Positions 1-12,626 of a stretch of DNA of 64,000 nt are shown one piece after another. Position numbers and translations under genes: made by a program. Source of the stretch: Squalus acanthias (Eukaryota); NCBI GenBank assembly GCA_030390025.1, contig CM059432.1, positions 43,588,001-43,652,000 of the forward strand, written 5' to 3'. The notes beneath the pieces were generated by a model. That model was not told the origin of the DNA and did no database searches. It saw nothing but the letters and a program-made list of their open reading frames with translations. How positions within the stretch are numbered: the first letter of the stretch is position 1; the number at the start of each line of letters is the position of its first letter.

Positions 1-713
1 GCTCTTACCTACCGCGCCTGCCGTTGTGTTTTGGGCCCACGGGAACTTCGGGTCCTGGGCCTCTCCCAACTGCCAGCGCGCAGTGCTTGCGTGTTCCAGG
101 GGCGTAGTTAGTGCGATGCGTCCCCTGGGATCACGTGGGCCATGGAGAGCCAATGGCAGCAGACCATCTTTCATTCATAGATTTGACAGGAGACCTGTCA
201 AATCTGTGAATTGAAATCGGCCCCAAAAGAACAGCTAAACTTAAAATAAATTTTAAAAAAACCATCACATTTATAAAATAACTATAGTTAAATAAATTAA
301 CCACTTTAAACAAAAATTTTAATTTTTGAAAAAATTAAAATACTTTTTAAAAGTGATAAAAATAAACTTACCTTTCTTTAAAGTATCTAAAAAAGATAAA
401 CCTGTTGAAAAAAAATTAAAATTATACTTAATTAACCAGTTACCTTGTTCAAAACGGGTCCTGCGCCTCCTTTTCATTAGCGTAGGTTCTTCAATACTTA
501 ACCTCGCGTAGAAACCTGAAAAAAAATCTAAGTGTGCTGCGTGCGTGCAGCCTCTAGCGCGCACGCGGTTCACCTAGGAACCGCCCCCTTCACCATACCG
601 GAAGTTCCGGTTTCCCGCGCATGCGCAGTGCATGCAGGAAACTGGCACTTCGGGAAGCAATACGGGTGAGTACAGAGCGCGTACTCACCCGGGAAGGGAC
701 GAATTTTTGGCCC
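1..713. mobile_element. Non-autonomous DNA transposon/MITE (Harbinger-type terminus), left end outside window
   Basis: Ends in GAATTTTTGGCCC (701-713), resembling other Harbinger-type termini here. Subterminal hairpin GGGTGAGTAC-n7-GTACTCACCC (664-690). Similar to 2937-3352. No coding capacity. Confidence 0.6.
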
Positions 714-2936
714 ATTAATTAACATAACTGGTTCTCACAACCTGGAGATAATTTCCAACACACAAAACAAGAGTTTGAACACGAACCTCGGCCTTTAATA
801 AAAAAATTCCCAACATTTCGTCACACCTCCTATTTTTTGCCCTTCGAGGGTGATCTCCTTCCCTTGCGCACTTCCCCCCTTCCTACCCTACTGCTCCTCT
901 GTAATGGGGCCCCAGTGGCTGCAGCAAGGCTGGAAGAAGGCTGCTGATTGTCAGAACCTGAGACTACAGATGCCCTTGAAGGATGGCCTCGACCAGCTCT
1001 GGGCCCGGCTGCTGACTGCACCAACTCTGCATGGGCGGCAGCAGTCTGGGCTACAGGTGGTGGCAAGTGCAATGGGGAAGTGACAGTGGTGGCAGCAGGA
1101 ATGCTGTCATCTTGAAAGAGGACAGCAACTCCCTGCTCGACCGACACACTGGCACTCCCACGGGGCAGCACCTCAGCATCCGGAGCAATCTGCTGGAGCA
1201 CAGATTGCTGGCCTGCTGCGGCGCGGTGAGAGCCCCGGGGAAATGTGTCCGAACCAGCGACAATGGCAGCAGTCAGTGCTTGCGTGGCCTCAATCTGAGT
1301 CTGCATGAGACCAGTCTGAGATTGGATCACGGCAGCCAGTGACTGAATTGCAGCACTAAGCATTTGCGTGGCATCTGCCTGTGCTACAGTGTAGTGCTCC
1401 ACACTCCTTGCCAGTGCATCAATGCAATCAGGCACCCTTCCCACTGCACCCATGAGCTGAGTGTGCATGTCCACCGCCTGGGTGTTCATTTCAGCGATGA
1501 GCCACTCCTCCTCTGCGTCCAGTGCAACAGAACTTGCTGGCCTACTCTCCCTCTGGGGAGAAGGCCCCAGAGCTTCCCTAGCCACATTGCGTTGCTGCAG
1601 CCCACTGGGTCCCGGAGCTTCACCCTCATCAGACCCTTCCCCCCTGCTCCCCTCCAGGGAAGACGTGGTCCCAGTCTGGGCATGGGCTTCCTCGGGAGAG
1701 GATGGCACTGATGCTCCGACTTCCTCTTCCTCCTCGCCTGCGGCTTCGCTCCCACTGGCAGCTTGAGGGCCCGTCTCCTCAGCTGGTGAATCACCATCTG
1801 AAAGCAGGGAGGTACAAGAGTGGCTTTAGCGTAAGGACAGGGGGACAGTAAGGGAGGAACGAGTGAAGCGATTTAGTAAGTTGAATTGAAAGTGTCAAAG
1901 GCTGGTGTCGTGAGGGACAAGTGGAATGAGAGAGGAGAGAAAGCTGATGACCTTACCATTGCTGTCCTGAACGGGGTCGACCTCTCCAGGGGCGACGGGA
2001 CCGATCACCTGGCTTGCCACAATCCTGTGGAGGCGCGCCTCAAGATCGCTGAGGGGTTGCAGCTTAGGCTGCCCTCCACCCGTCCGTTGTTGCTGTCTCC
2101 TGTTATGAGATAGCTTGGCCTGCAAGAAAAAGGACGGCGTCTGAGTAAATATACAGCCATGGTCTTGCCTGATGTGCCTCTCATAGTTCAATAGCCCTTA
2201 TTGTATGCAAGGTGTGGAATGTGCGTGTGTGTTTCATAGGTGTTGGATGAGTGTTGGGCATAGGGGTTTGAAGACCCTCTGGCCATAGAGTGAGGTTGAA
2301 ATGGAGGGATGGAGAGGTATTGAAAAAAAGCCACTCACCCTGACAACCTGAGTGAGGTCGTTGAACTTTTTGCGACATTGAGTATGGGTCCTGGGCACCA
2401 TGATCCTGGAGGAGACGTGCTGAGCCACCTCCCTCCACACTCTTCTGTAGTCGCGCGGCAAAGGCCTCCTGTCACTCTCAGGGTAGAGTATAGATCTTCT
2501 GCGCTCCACCGCGCCAACCAGAGCCTCCATGGCCCGCTCGCTGAAGCGCTGAGCTCATTCTCTCACCCTCTCCATAGTCCTTGGCTGGAAAATGTAGTCA
2601 CAGGTCTCTCCAGGCCGAGATTCAAGGCTCCAATGAGCAGGGTGTGGCTGGAGAGCAAGATCGACCCTCCCCTTTAAGAACTGGCTGGTGCCAGTGTGTC
2701 TGTGTTCCATCGCTAACTGACATCACCAGCGCTGCGCCCGCGCTCTGAGTTAGCGCCTCGCTCCTCGGCCTTTGTGCCTTAAGACAGGTGTGCAGCGCCT
2801 GATTTATCACTCCAATCACCTTCAGGGGCGATAAAAGCCAAGTTTGCAGTTGGAGGCGATAATTAGCAGCAGGTGCTAAACTTTGCACCCGGACGATAAT
2901 TGCGCCCCAAAAGGGGCGATACCGAATTTCTCCCCC
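714..2936 (-). mobile_element. PIF/Harbinger transposon family A (TIR GGGGGAGAAATTCGG), Myb-gene half
   Basis: TIR CCGAATTTCTCCCCC ends at 2936, followed by TAA. Same terminus as at 31425, 28682 and 51009. Contains a 3-exon Myb/SANT gene. Confidence 0.9.
830..2575 (-). pseudogene. Harbinger Myb/SANT-like DNA-binding protein, 3 exons (2575-2339, 2119-1957, 1797-830)
   Basis: Exon 1 MERVRE*AQRFSERAMEALVGAVERRRSILYP...VWREVAQHVSS...RTHTQCRKKFNDL is a Myb/SANT (trihelix-like) motif. GT-AG introns splice in frame (phase 0, phase 1) into ORF 830..1708. One TGA at codon 7 (CGA in the 31786 copy). Confidence 0.88.
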
Positions 2937-3352
2937 TAAATATTTTAAACAAAGATGTAATTTTTAAAAAAATATTTAAAGTTTTTTAGGGGGCTAAAAA
3001 TAAATTTATCTTTTTTGAAAAGTATTTTTAAATGATAAATGAGTGAAAAAAAATTAATTTTTTAAACTTTTTTCAACTCTTATCCTGGGAAAAGCAGGCC
3101 TTTCGCCTGCTTTTATCAGCCGTAAGAATTCTGAGGGTTTTCTGCGGGCGGAGGGTCTCCAGAAAGTGGAGCTATCCGCCCGCAGAGGCCCTTCTCTAGG
3201 GCAGGCGTCCGATCTGTCAAGAGGATTCTTGACAGATTGGAAATGCCGGTTTTCAGCGCATGCGCTGTGCATGCCTGAAACCGGCATTTCCGATGTCCCT
3301 ACGGGTGTGTACACAGCGCGTACCCACCCGTAGGGATCGGAATATCCGGCCC
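2937..3352. mobile_element. MITE right-hand part, related to 1-713
   Basis: Shares GCGCATGCGC(A/T)GTGCATGC, the GGGTG..GTAC...GTAC.CACCC hairpin and terminus GGAATATCCGGCCC with 1-713. Confidence 0.6.
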
Positions 3353-4660
3353 ATTATATCCAAGTTTGCTGATGATACAAAGCTGGGTGGGAATGTAAGT
3401 TGTGAGGAGGATGCAAAGAGGCTTCAAGGGGATATAGAGAGGCAAAGTTAGTGGGCAAGAACATGGCAAATGGAATATAATGTGGAGAAATGTGAAGTTA
3501 TCCACTTTGGTAGGGAAAATAGAAAAGCAGAGTATTTTTTAAATGGTGAGAGATTGAGAAATGTTGGTGTTCAGAGGGACTTGGGTGTCCTTGTACATGA
3601 ATCACTGAAAGTTAACATGCAGGTACAGCAAGCAATTAGGAAAGCAAATGGTATGTTCGCCTTTATTACAAGAGGATTTAAGTATAAGAGTAAAGATGTC
3701 TTACTGCAATTATATAGGGCCCTGTAGGCGCACCAACGTCAGTATTCTCGCTCAGGCCAACATCCCCAGCATCGAAGCTTTGACCACGCTCGATCAGCTC
3801 CGATGGACGGGTCACATCGTCCGCATACCCGATACGAGACTCCCAAAACAAGCGCTCTACTCGGAGCTCCGACATGGCAAGAGAGCCCCAGGTGGGCAGA
3901 GGAAATGCTTCAAGGACACCCTCAAAGCCTCCTTGAAAAAGTGCAACATCCCCACTGACACCTGGGAATCCCTGGCCCAAGACCGCCCAAAGTGGAGGAG
4001 AAACATCCGGGAAGGCACCGAACACCTCGAGTATCTTCGCTGGGAGCAAGCGGAAGCCAAGCGCAAGCAGCACACGTCAACCCAGAACCCCACCCACCCG
4101 CGCCTTCAATCACCGTCTACCCCACCTGTGACAGAGACTGTAGGTCCCGCATTGGACTCATCAGTCACCTGAGAACTCATTTTTAATGTGGAAGCAAGTC
4201 ATCCTCGGTTCCGAGGGACTGCCTAAGAAGAAGAAGAGGGCCCTGTTGAGACCACACCTGGAGTATCGTGTACAGTTTTGGTCTCCTTACCTAAGGAAGG
4301 ATATATTTGCCATAGAGGGAGTGCAACGAAGGTTCACCAGACTGGTTCCTGGGATGGGGGGATTGTCCTTTGAGGAGAGATTGAGTAGACTAGGCCTATA
4401 TTCTCTAGAGTTTAGAAGAATGAGAGGTGATCTCATTGAAACATACAAAATTCTTACAGGGCTTGACAGGATAGATGTAGGGAGGATGTTTCCCCTGGCT
4501 GGGGAGTCTAGAACCAGGGGTCACAGTCTCAGAATAAGGGGTCGGCCATTTAGGACTGAGATGAGGAGAAATTTCTTCACTCGGAGGGTAGTGAATCTTT
4601 GGAATTCTCTACCCCAGAGGGCTGTGGAGGCTCAGTCGTTGAGTATATTCAAGACACAGA
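3353..4660 (+). mobile_element. CR1 LINE fragment (RT C-terminal region), interrupted by an RTE element
   Basis: [12 protein letters not shown]...EKCEVIHFG...RPHLEYRVQFWSP...RRMRGDLIETYKIL...NFFTRRVVNLWNSLP. Confidence 0.93.
3726..4236 (+). mobile_element. RTE-clade LINE, 5'-truncated 3' end
   Basis: QLRWTGHIVRIPDTRLPKQALYSEL...GGQRKCFKDTLK and C2H2-type PTCDRDCRSRIGLISHLRTH. (AAG)n tail. 10-bp TSD AGGGCCCTGT at 3716-3725 and 4237-4246. Confidence 0.92.
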
Positions 4661-7141
4661 TTAACGGCTATTCAACTATGGTATGCATGTCTGCCAGACA
4701 CATTGTTTGCACACTCACTCAAACGCTATCCTTTTTCTTGCAGGCCCAGCTGTCACATAACCAGAGGGAGCAACAATGCATAGGAGGAGGACAGGCAGAG
4801 CTGTATCCCCTCACACAACTGGAGGAGTGAGTCCACAGACTCATCGCCAGTCATGTCGTCGGCGCTGTGGCCGTTGGAGAGGTCGACCCCCTTGGGGACA
4901 GCAATGGTATGTTCATCAGCTTTATCTCCTCTCTCATACCACTTCCCCCTCGCAACACCAGCCTTTCCCACTTTCAATCTAACTATACTGTCTCCATTCC
5001 TTGCTCCCTTCATACCTCCCTGCCCTCATGTTAAAGCCACTCTTGTACCTTCCTGCTTTCAGATAGTGAGCCACCATCTGACCAGCCTGTCCCACAGCCT
5101 CCAAGTGGCAGCGACGCGGGAGAGGAAGAGGAACACGAAGCCCGCGCCTCCCAAGGGCGAGACATCCGACACTGCGGCCACGCGTTCACTGGAGGGGAGC
5201 GGGAGGTTTGGATCTGATCTGGGTGAAGCTCCGGGACCCAGTGGGCTGCAGCAACACCATGGGGCAAGGGAAGCTCGGGGGCCATCTCCCCAGAGGGTGA
5301 ATGTGCGGACGAGTTCTGTTGCACAGGACTCGGATGAGGACCTCGATATAGTGGCCGTGAATACTCAGGCAATGAGCATGCATACGGAGCTCATGGGTGC
5401 AATGGCAAGGGTGCCCGACAACATAGATGTACTGGCTAGGAGCGTGGAGGAGTCCACCGCCAGCACAGCTGTCATCTGTGCGTAAACCCTTGAACCCATC
5501 CTTGCCTTGTTGCAGAGGATGGTTGAGTTGCAGAGAGACCGTGGGGACCCAGAGCCCATGCCGCGTGTAATGGCTGATGTGGCAGGATCTATGGTGAAAT
5601 GGTGTCTTATCAGGCGTTCATGAACGGCCCTTGCAGAGGCAACATTGAGCGTCTCGCTCCCACGTTGCTGCTGCTCATCCTCCTCTTCATCCTCCTCTTC
5701 ATCCTCCTCCTCCGCCTCCTCCTTCTCCTCTCCCTCTTCCTCCTCCTGAGGTGGTGCACCAATCCCTGGTGGCAATGGCTGGGTCCTCAGAATTGCAAGG
5801 TTGTGAAGCATGCAGCACACAACAATGAAAAGCGAGACTTGCTCGGGAGAGTACTGCAGGGCTCCTCCAGAGTGGTCAAGACACCGGAACTGTTGCTTCA
5901 AGACGCCGATCGTCTGTTCAATGAGGTTCCTGGTGGCACTATGGCTCTGATTGTATTGGAGCTCAGCAGGAGTGTTGGGGTTACGGAGCGGTGTCATCAG
6001 CCAAGTTCAAAGTGGATAACCCTTGTCCCCGAGGAGCCAACCACGAGGTTGATGCGGTGCTTGGAACAGGTCTGGGACACCAGTCTGGTGCAGGGTGAAT
6101 GCATCGCGGCTGCTGCCAGGACAGCGGGCATTGACGGCGAGGATGCGCTGCCTGTGTTCACAAACCAACTGCACGTTCAGAGAGTGGAAGCCTTCGTGGT
6201 TGCGGAAAACCTCTGCATTTTCATGAGGTGCCCGCAATGCCATGTGCGTGCAGTCAATGGTGCCCTGAACCATGGGGAAGCCCGCTATCCTAGCAAAGCC
6301 ACATGCGTGTTCACGCTGTTTTTCTCGGGTCATGGGGAAGAGATGTACTCCCTTCTCCTTTGGTATAGAGCATTTGTGACCTCCCGGATGCAACAATGGA
6401 CAGCGAACTGGGAGACAATCGCAATATCCCCAGTTGAAGCTTGGAAAGAGCCGCTGGCATAGAAATTGAGAGCCACCGTCACTTTCACTGCCACCGACAA
6501 AGACGTCTTGGTCCAGAGCTGAGGCTGCAGATCTGGTTGCAGGAGGTGGCAGAGCTCAGTGACCACCTCCTTGCTGAAGTGCAGCCTTCGGAAACACTGC
6601 TCCTCAGACAAATGAATGTAGGAGAATTGCTCCCGGAATACCCTGGGAGGGTAAGGTCTCCTGTGCAGAGCCCTGTTGGCCCTCCTCCCTCGGGCCACGT
6701 TTGCCACTCTCGCTCTGCACCTCTGCTGCCTTCAAAGGTGAAGCTGGAGGACGACGCCCCGTGTTACTACAGCCCCCATTTAATCTTCTAAATATGGTAG
6801 TAATAAAGCTGGCAAAAATGGGAACCTGAAAAGTGTTGGTGAGGAACAAAACTCCTTGTAGGACAGCTAGACGCCTCTCTCAACCTGCGTAGGCAGAATA
6901 TTCTGCTGACAGGAAAAAGCAGGAAGCACATGCCTTTAAATAGCGCTCCCCCAGCTCCCAGCTGACTGCAAAACGTCCCCCTTTTTCCTAGTGGCAGGCA
7001 CTAAGGCAGGGGGCGAGAATTAATTTCCAGTTCGGGGGGCTACCGGGACGTTGCACGCTTGGATGATGTCACGATCTCTGGGTGCAAGAGATCGTGGCAG
7101 TAGTAATCAGCGCCACTGCAAACTGTCAGGTCAATTTCACG
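4661..7141. mobile_element. Harbinger family A internal fragment lacking both TIRs: Myb exons 2-3 (+, ~4744-5590) and transposase (-)
   Basis: Collinear with 32160-34780 and 830-2220. Myb exon 2 AQLSHNQREQQCIGGGQ. Begins inside intron 1. Confidence 0.85.
5590..6779 (-). pseudogene. Harbinger/PIF DDE transposase (HARBI1-like, DDE_Tnp_4 type), disrupted
   Basis: [77 protein letters not shown], acidic tail. Split by stops and frameshifts. Confidence 0.92.
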
Positions 7142-7341
7142 CCATCCCTATATAACATTGTTTTATTTATTTAATTATTTAACGTTTATGTATTTAATTA
7201 ACTTAACTTATAGTTTAGTTTTTAACTAATTACTTGATCTAGTTTAAGTTATAGGTAGATTAAATAAAATATTTACCTGTAACACAAACCACTACAAATA
7301 TTGGAGGCAAAATGCAGCACCTACTTCTCCTCTGCTTCGAA

Positions 7342-7741
7342 TACCCACTTTCTCCAAATTCCCAACTTTAACGCTCTGTTTAAGTGCACTCCGTTTAAGA
7401 CCACTCTGCGTCAGCAGATACTATTTACTTTTATACGCCTTTGAGCCACAGCCAAGTTACAAGTGCTGACTCAGCTTCCTGCTTACAATAATTAGCATTC
7501 TATTCAGACCTACACTTACAGCTGATTGACCATTAACTGCCACTGACAGGCAGTTTCTGTTAACTACAGTTTACAGTTTTTAAAGTTCCAAGTTAAATTA
7601 AAAATGTGAAACTAAATTTCAGTTTTTATACCTAGTAGTCACCCATACTTACCAGCAACTTCCACTCTCTCCAAATTCCCAACTTTAACACTCTGTTTAA
7701 GTGCACCTTCGTTTAAGACCACCCTGTGCAAACCACTCTGT
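7342..7741. repeat. Imperfect local duplication; second copy split by the 7742-11945 Harbinger
   Basis: CCAAATTCCCAACTTTAAC(G/A)CTCTGTTTAAGTGCAC at ~7354 and ~7671. GTCAGCAGATACTATTTACTTTTA at ~7410 recurs at 11951. Confidence 0.8.
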
Positions 7742-8269
7742 GGCCGCGCTTTTGCCGGCACTCAGTGGACGAGTTTGGAGGCAGGTACGGAGTTAAATCC
7801 AAGATGACTGACAGCGGGTTGCGAACCCACCGCGAACCCGCCTCCACGCGACTTTCCAAGGTGTCGGGTTTGCGATTCCTGATCAGACCCGACAGCAAGC
7901 GGCGGGAGAGGCAGTTAAGGTAGTTTACAGCCTGTTTAATCCTATTTTGAGAGGGGTTTTCAATTTTGCAACATTTTCAGCATGTTCCACAGTGTTCCAG
8001 GAACACGCCAGCTGATTGAGTTGGGTGTTCCAACAAGCTGAATACTTCACAACTGCAAGAGAAGCATTAAAGCTAACCTGCCACTTTCGTTGAATTTCAA
8101 AAGCCTGAACTTTCTGATCGCAGGATGTTGAAGACATTGTTCAGGTGTTTTGAGGTTGTAAGTGTGTGTTGTGAGATCTATATACACTGTGACCTCCTTG
8201 GAATAACCTCTCTCCACTTTGACTGAGCGCTTATAACATTTCATCCCCAAGTGACATTTTCACCAGCAG

Positions 8270-9494
8270 ACGGGAAACCATTTATATTCTCTCAACATGG
8301 TCCTCAGATTCTGAGGACGAGCTGCCGCGGCAGCAGCAGAACTAGGCACACCAGCAGCACCGACAACAAGAGCGCCAACCTTCTCCTGAGCCACCTGATG
8401 CTGCACAGGGCAGAGGCCGTCAGCGCAGGGCTGCACAGCGCCGCAGGAGATACCCCCAACACAGGGTTTACAGGCAGAGGATGAGCTTCCTCAGCATGAC
8501 TGAGCAGCAGTGCCAAAGGAGGCTGAGACTTTTGCAAGAGGTAGTCGCAGACATCTGCACAATGCTGCACCAACACTTGCAGCCCAGAGGAGCATGTGGA
8601 CACTCCTTACCAGTGGCTGTCAAAGACACCACCGCCCTCAACTTCTTTGCTTCAGGGTCCTTCCAGGGATCATCTGCAGACATTAGCGGCATCTCCCATT
8701 CGGCCGCACACAAATGCATAACGCAGGTTACCGATGCCCTGTTTGGTAAGTTGGCCAATTACATCCACTTCTCAATGGATGAAGCAAGTGTTAACTCGCG
8801 GGCGGTTGGGTTTGCCAATATGACAGGCTTCCCTAGGGTGCAGGGCGTCATCGACTGCACACGTGGCCATCAGGGCACCTCATCACAACCCAGCTGTATT
8901 TGTGAACTGCAAGGGCTTCCACTCCCTTAACATCCAGCTAGTGTGTAACCACAGGAAGAACATTATGCATGTGTGCACAAAGTTCCCTGGCAGCTGCAAT
9001 GACTCGTACATCCTGCGGCAGTCCACTGTGCCTCAGCTCTTCAATCCGCCAACCCAACTTTCCGGGTGGCTACTTGGAGACAAGGGCTGAAGAGATGGCT
9101 AATGACACCGATGAGGAGGCCATCTAACGAAGCTGAGGAGCCACATTTCCACCAGAAGCATCATAGAGCAAACCAAAGGATTGCTCAAAATGCACTTCAG
9201 ATGCCTGGACAGATCTGGTGGAGCCCTACAGTGTGCACCAGCCAGAGTGTCCAGAATCATTGTGGTCTGCTGTGCCCTGCACAACATCACACTGCAGCGT
9301 GGTTTACCGCTGCCTGAGGAACAAGTGGCACAGCCTCCTCCTAGGAGGAGGTGGAGGAGGAGGAGGAGGAAAAGGCGAATGAGGCTGTAGATGAGGAACA
9401 CCTGGAGGACACAGCTGTCCCAGTGCTACCAGCACGCGACCTTATTGCTGGCCGTCAGGCAAGGGATGGATTAATCCATGCCAGATTCGCCTAA
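8270..9494 (+). pseudogene. Harbinger DDE transposase, frameshifted
   Basis: [97 protein letters not shown]. Start approximate. Confidence 0.92.
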
Positions 9495-9778
9495 CTTTAC
9501 GCTGCACGTAAAAGTGGCTGGCACATGCACGAAGGTTGGCAGGACCTCCATTCCACACAATACAACATCTGAACAATGAACTATGCATTCCTATCACTCT
9601 CCCCAACATCACTGCAGATGAAAGGCGCCCTCAACCCTCAATGTGACACTTCCAATTCTGAGCACACATAGGTCAATGCATTGAATCATTCACATCGCAT
9701 AACTTTAATACATTAGAAATAAACATGACAAATGTAAAATGGTATACTATGAAATCACCCAAGTGACTACCCTTGTGA

Positions 9779-11675
9779 CTATTTGTGCTTTAGCTTTCTG
9801 TTACGCGTGCTTCTACATGGTGCTTCCCCTGTGGCTTCAGCAGATGTTGAGGCAGCGTGCTCACTTCCCTGCTGTGCCTGCTTAGATGCCTTTGGCAGGC
9901 GTCCTCTGGGTTTGGAAGCCTTGGAGGGCTCCGCAACACTCTGCTCTTCCTGCGTTTGTGCAGGGGCAGAGACGGCCATATCAGTTGGGTGAGGCATCTG
10001 GGGCTCTGACTGAGGGCTCCGCAGTGGCATGGGAGTGTGGGCGCTTGGAGAGGACCCCCCACTTCCTTGTTGTCGACCACCACCATCCCTCTCATGAGCC
10101 ACCCGCACTTCACTGCTAGCAAGTAGCTGGAGAGCACCTTGCTGCACATCAGTGGGGCCATGAGGACCCATTTCTGTACTGACATTCTTCATAACAAGGA
10201 CGTCCATGAATCTCTGGTTTCACTCCTAAATAGATGACCATCTATCCTCTATAGATGACCATCTATTTAGAAGTGTTACCATGTTCTCCTGAGTCTGCCG
10301 ATTTATGTCCTCCATGGAGGTTGCCATCCTTTCCATGGCGGCACCTACATTCGCCATTGCGTGCACCATGGCATTGCTCATGTTTGACATGGACTCCTCC
10401 ATTCTCTGCACACTTGCTGTTACCATGGATGCAAACCCAGTCAGAGCCTCCTGCACTTGTTCCTGAAGCTCCAGCACCGCTCTCTTTCTGGATAGCCCCA
10501 GAGGCACAGCATCTACATGCAGCTGAGCAGGGCTAGGAGTGTCCTGCGTCCTCTCCACTGCTGTCCCTGTCTCCACCATCTGCTCATGCTCACTTGTGAG
10601 CTGTGATACACCAGGTGAAAACATTACTCTATCTCGCAAACTACCCACCCAGGTGTGCATCTCTGCGCTGGTGCTGGGTGCACTCATTTCGGCTGACGCT
10701 GCTCCCTCAGAGGCTGCAGGTTCCTCTGAGGAGTCTTCTGGCTCTTCCTCATGGACAGAGGGGAGGGGGCCTCTCAATGGTCCTGTGGGGGAGTAAAGGC
10801 ATGAGTTAGCCATGTTATATTTAGGTAGCAGACACATCCCATTGTGCAGATGATCATAACTATATTTCTATGAGCATCAGATGCCATATCAGTCACTCAT
10901 GAAAACAAAATGATAGGTTTGCAAATCAATTCTGTCACCAGCTTGCTCTTCTACGCCCGTCTCTCTGTCCCCCACTTCCAGCTCCTCTGCACCTCCCACG
11001 ATCTCCAGAGCTGCCTCCTCAGCAGTGGTTATATGCGCCAGGAATGGTGGGCCCTCTCCTGTCCTCCCTCTCTCCCTCTTATTTTGAGCTCTCTTTTCCT
11101 GCAATGAGGGACACAAGTGGAGTTTCAGCGAGATTGATGGAGTCAGTGTTAAAAATGGATAACATAAATGTTTAGAGGGAGACAAAGATGGAGTGAGGTG
11201 CCAATACCAAGGGCCCTCCCTGTGCGTTGTTAGTTGTTGTCATTGCATAACAGTGAGATCGAGTGTGAGGGGTGCATAGTAGGATGGTGAAGTGATTCTG
11301 TACATAGAGAGAGAGGGATGGGTGAGGGTGCCAGGGATGTTAGGGTCAGTTGGGATGTGCAGGAGTAGGTTGCCAATGCAGAGTGAATGGGATGAGAAGA
11401 AATGGGAAGCAGACTGAAGGTAAGTGTGATGTGAAACTCACTTTTGCTGATCGCATCAAGTCATTGAACCTTTTTCTGCACTGCACCCAGGTGCACACAG
11501 ACCGAGCACTTACCTCCTCAGAAAATTGCAGCCAGGCTGCCTTTGTGTGCTGAGGAGACTTCCTCCGTCCATTGGAGGGGAAGAGGACCTCCTTTTGTCA
11601 TCTTACTCCCTCCACAAGGGCATTGAAGGAGTCATCATCGAAACATGGAGCAGCCTTGGAGCGTTGTACGGCCAT
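9779..11675 (-). pseudogene. Harbinger Myb/SANT gene, 3 exons (11675-11442, 11098-10939, 10782-9779)
   Basis: Exon 1 MAVQRSKAAPCFDDDSFNALVEGVR*QKEVLFP...AAWLQFSEEVSARSVCTWVQCRKRFNDL. GT-AG introns in the same phases as 830-2575. Internal stops. Homologous to 35725-38430. Confidence 0.87.
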
Positions 11676-12626
11676 TCCTGCAGCAACCAGCATTCAAATG
11701 CAGAAGAAAGCAAATGAAAAGCAAAGGGGACACGGCCCCTTTAAATATCCAGGCTCCTAGCGCATCATCAAGCGCAGGGAGCCAACCCGCACCAACCGAT
11801 TGGGCCGGCTAGCGCGCACGTCGGCCCTAATGAGGCCAATCTATGGAAGATCGTCAATGGAGGGCGGCTGCAACAGGGAGCTGGACCGGAACCCGCTGAA
11901 GACCAAACCCGCCACCATCCCGCATCCAGCCAGAAAATCCAGCCCTGTGTGTCAGCAGATACTATTTACTTTTACACCTTTGAGCCATCAATTAAGTTGG
12001 CGATTTAAAAAAAATCTATTTTCATCCCATTAGTGCCTGTTTACACTGAATACCGAGAAAGTAGTCAGATGAAAATCAACTCCATGAAGTGTGCTTATTT
12101 GGCTTCTAATATGGTCCATTTTATAATTAACAACGATAGGATGCACCATTATAAACCAATAATCAAAAATAACACACGTCCAGAATTTGGGCTATTAAAT
12201 CCCACAGGAGAACAAAGAATTCTAATGCAAACAACATTTAATTGAAGGAGATATGAAAGAATTGTATGGTAATGGTTATCACACTGCCCTTTCCTAATTG
12301 AGATTTGGGTTCCAATTCAGCTTTGATTAATGGGACAACATTTTCCTCTCTTTCTGCCAGCTGTATGGGTTGAAAGAAAAAAGGTTTACTGACAGTGCTC
12401 TTCGATCGCAGAGGATAAGAGAAATTGGCAAAATAAGGTAGAAGTAACTTTAGCTTTTATCTAACCTATGCTTGATACTGATGAAGATGAAAGAAAGTTC
12501 TATTTCTTAGCACTAACATCTGTTATCTTGATGAACAAGAAATTTACACACACACTCACACACACACATGTGAAAAACACACTATCACACTGCTGGAATT
12601 TTGTGATTCTAAATACTGTCGGGCAG

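Larger units (their letters stand above)
7742..11945 (+). mobile_element. Full-length decayed PIF/Harbinger transposon, family B (TIR ~GGGCTGGATTTT)
   Basis: Degenerate TIRs at 7742 and 11945. TSD TGT (7739-7741, 11946-11948). Transposase (+) and convergent Myb gene (-). Confidence 0.92.

Noticed and set aside
5599..6462. 287-aa plus-strand ORF with a hydrophobic, signal-like stretch
   Set aside because: Antisense shadow of the transposase; the poly-Leu is the reverse of the acidic (GAG)n tail.
8270..9494. Domesticated host HARBI1 gene
   Set aside because: Multiple frameshifts, and it lies between TIRs with a TSD and a linked Myb gene, so it is a transposon copy.
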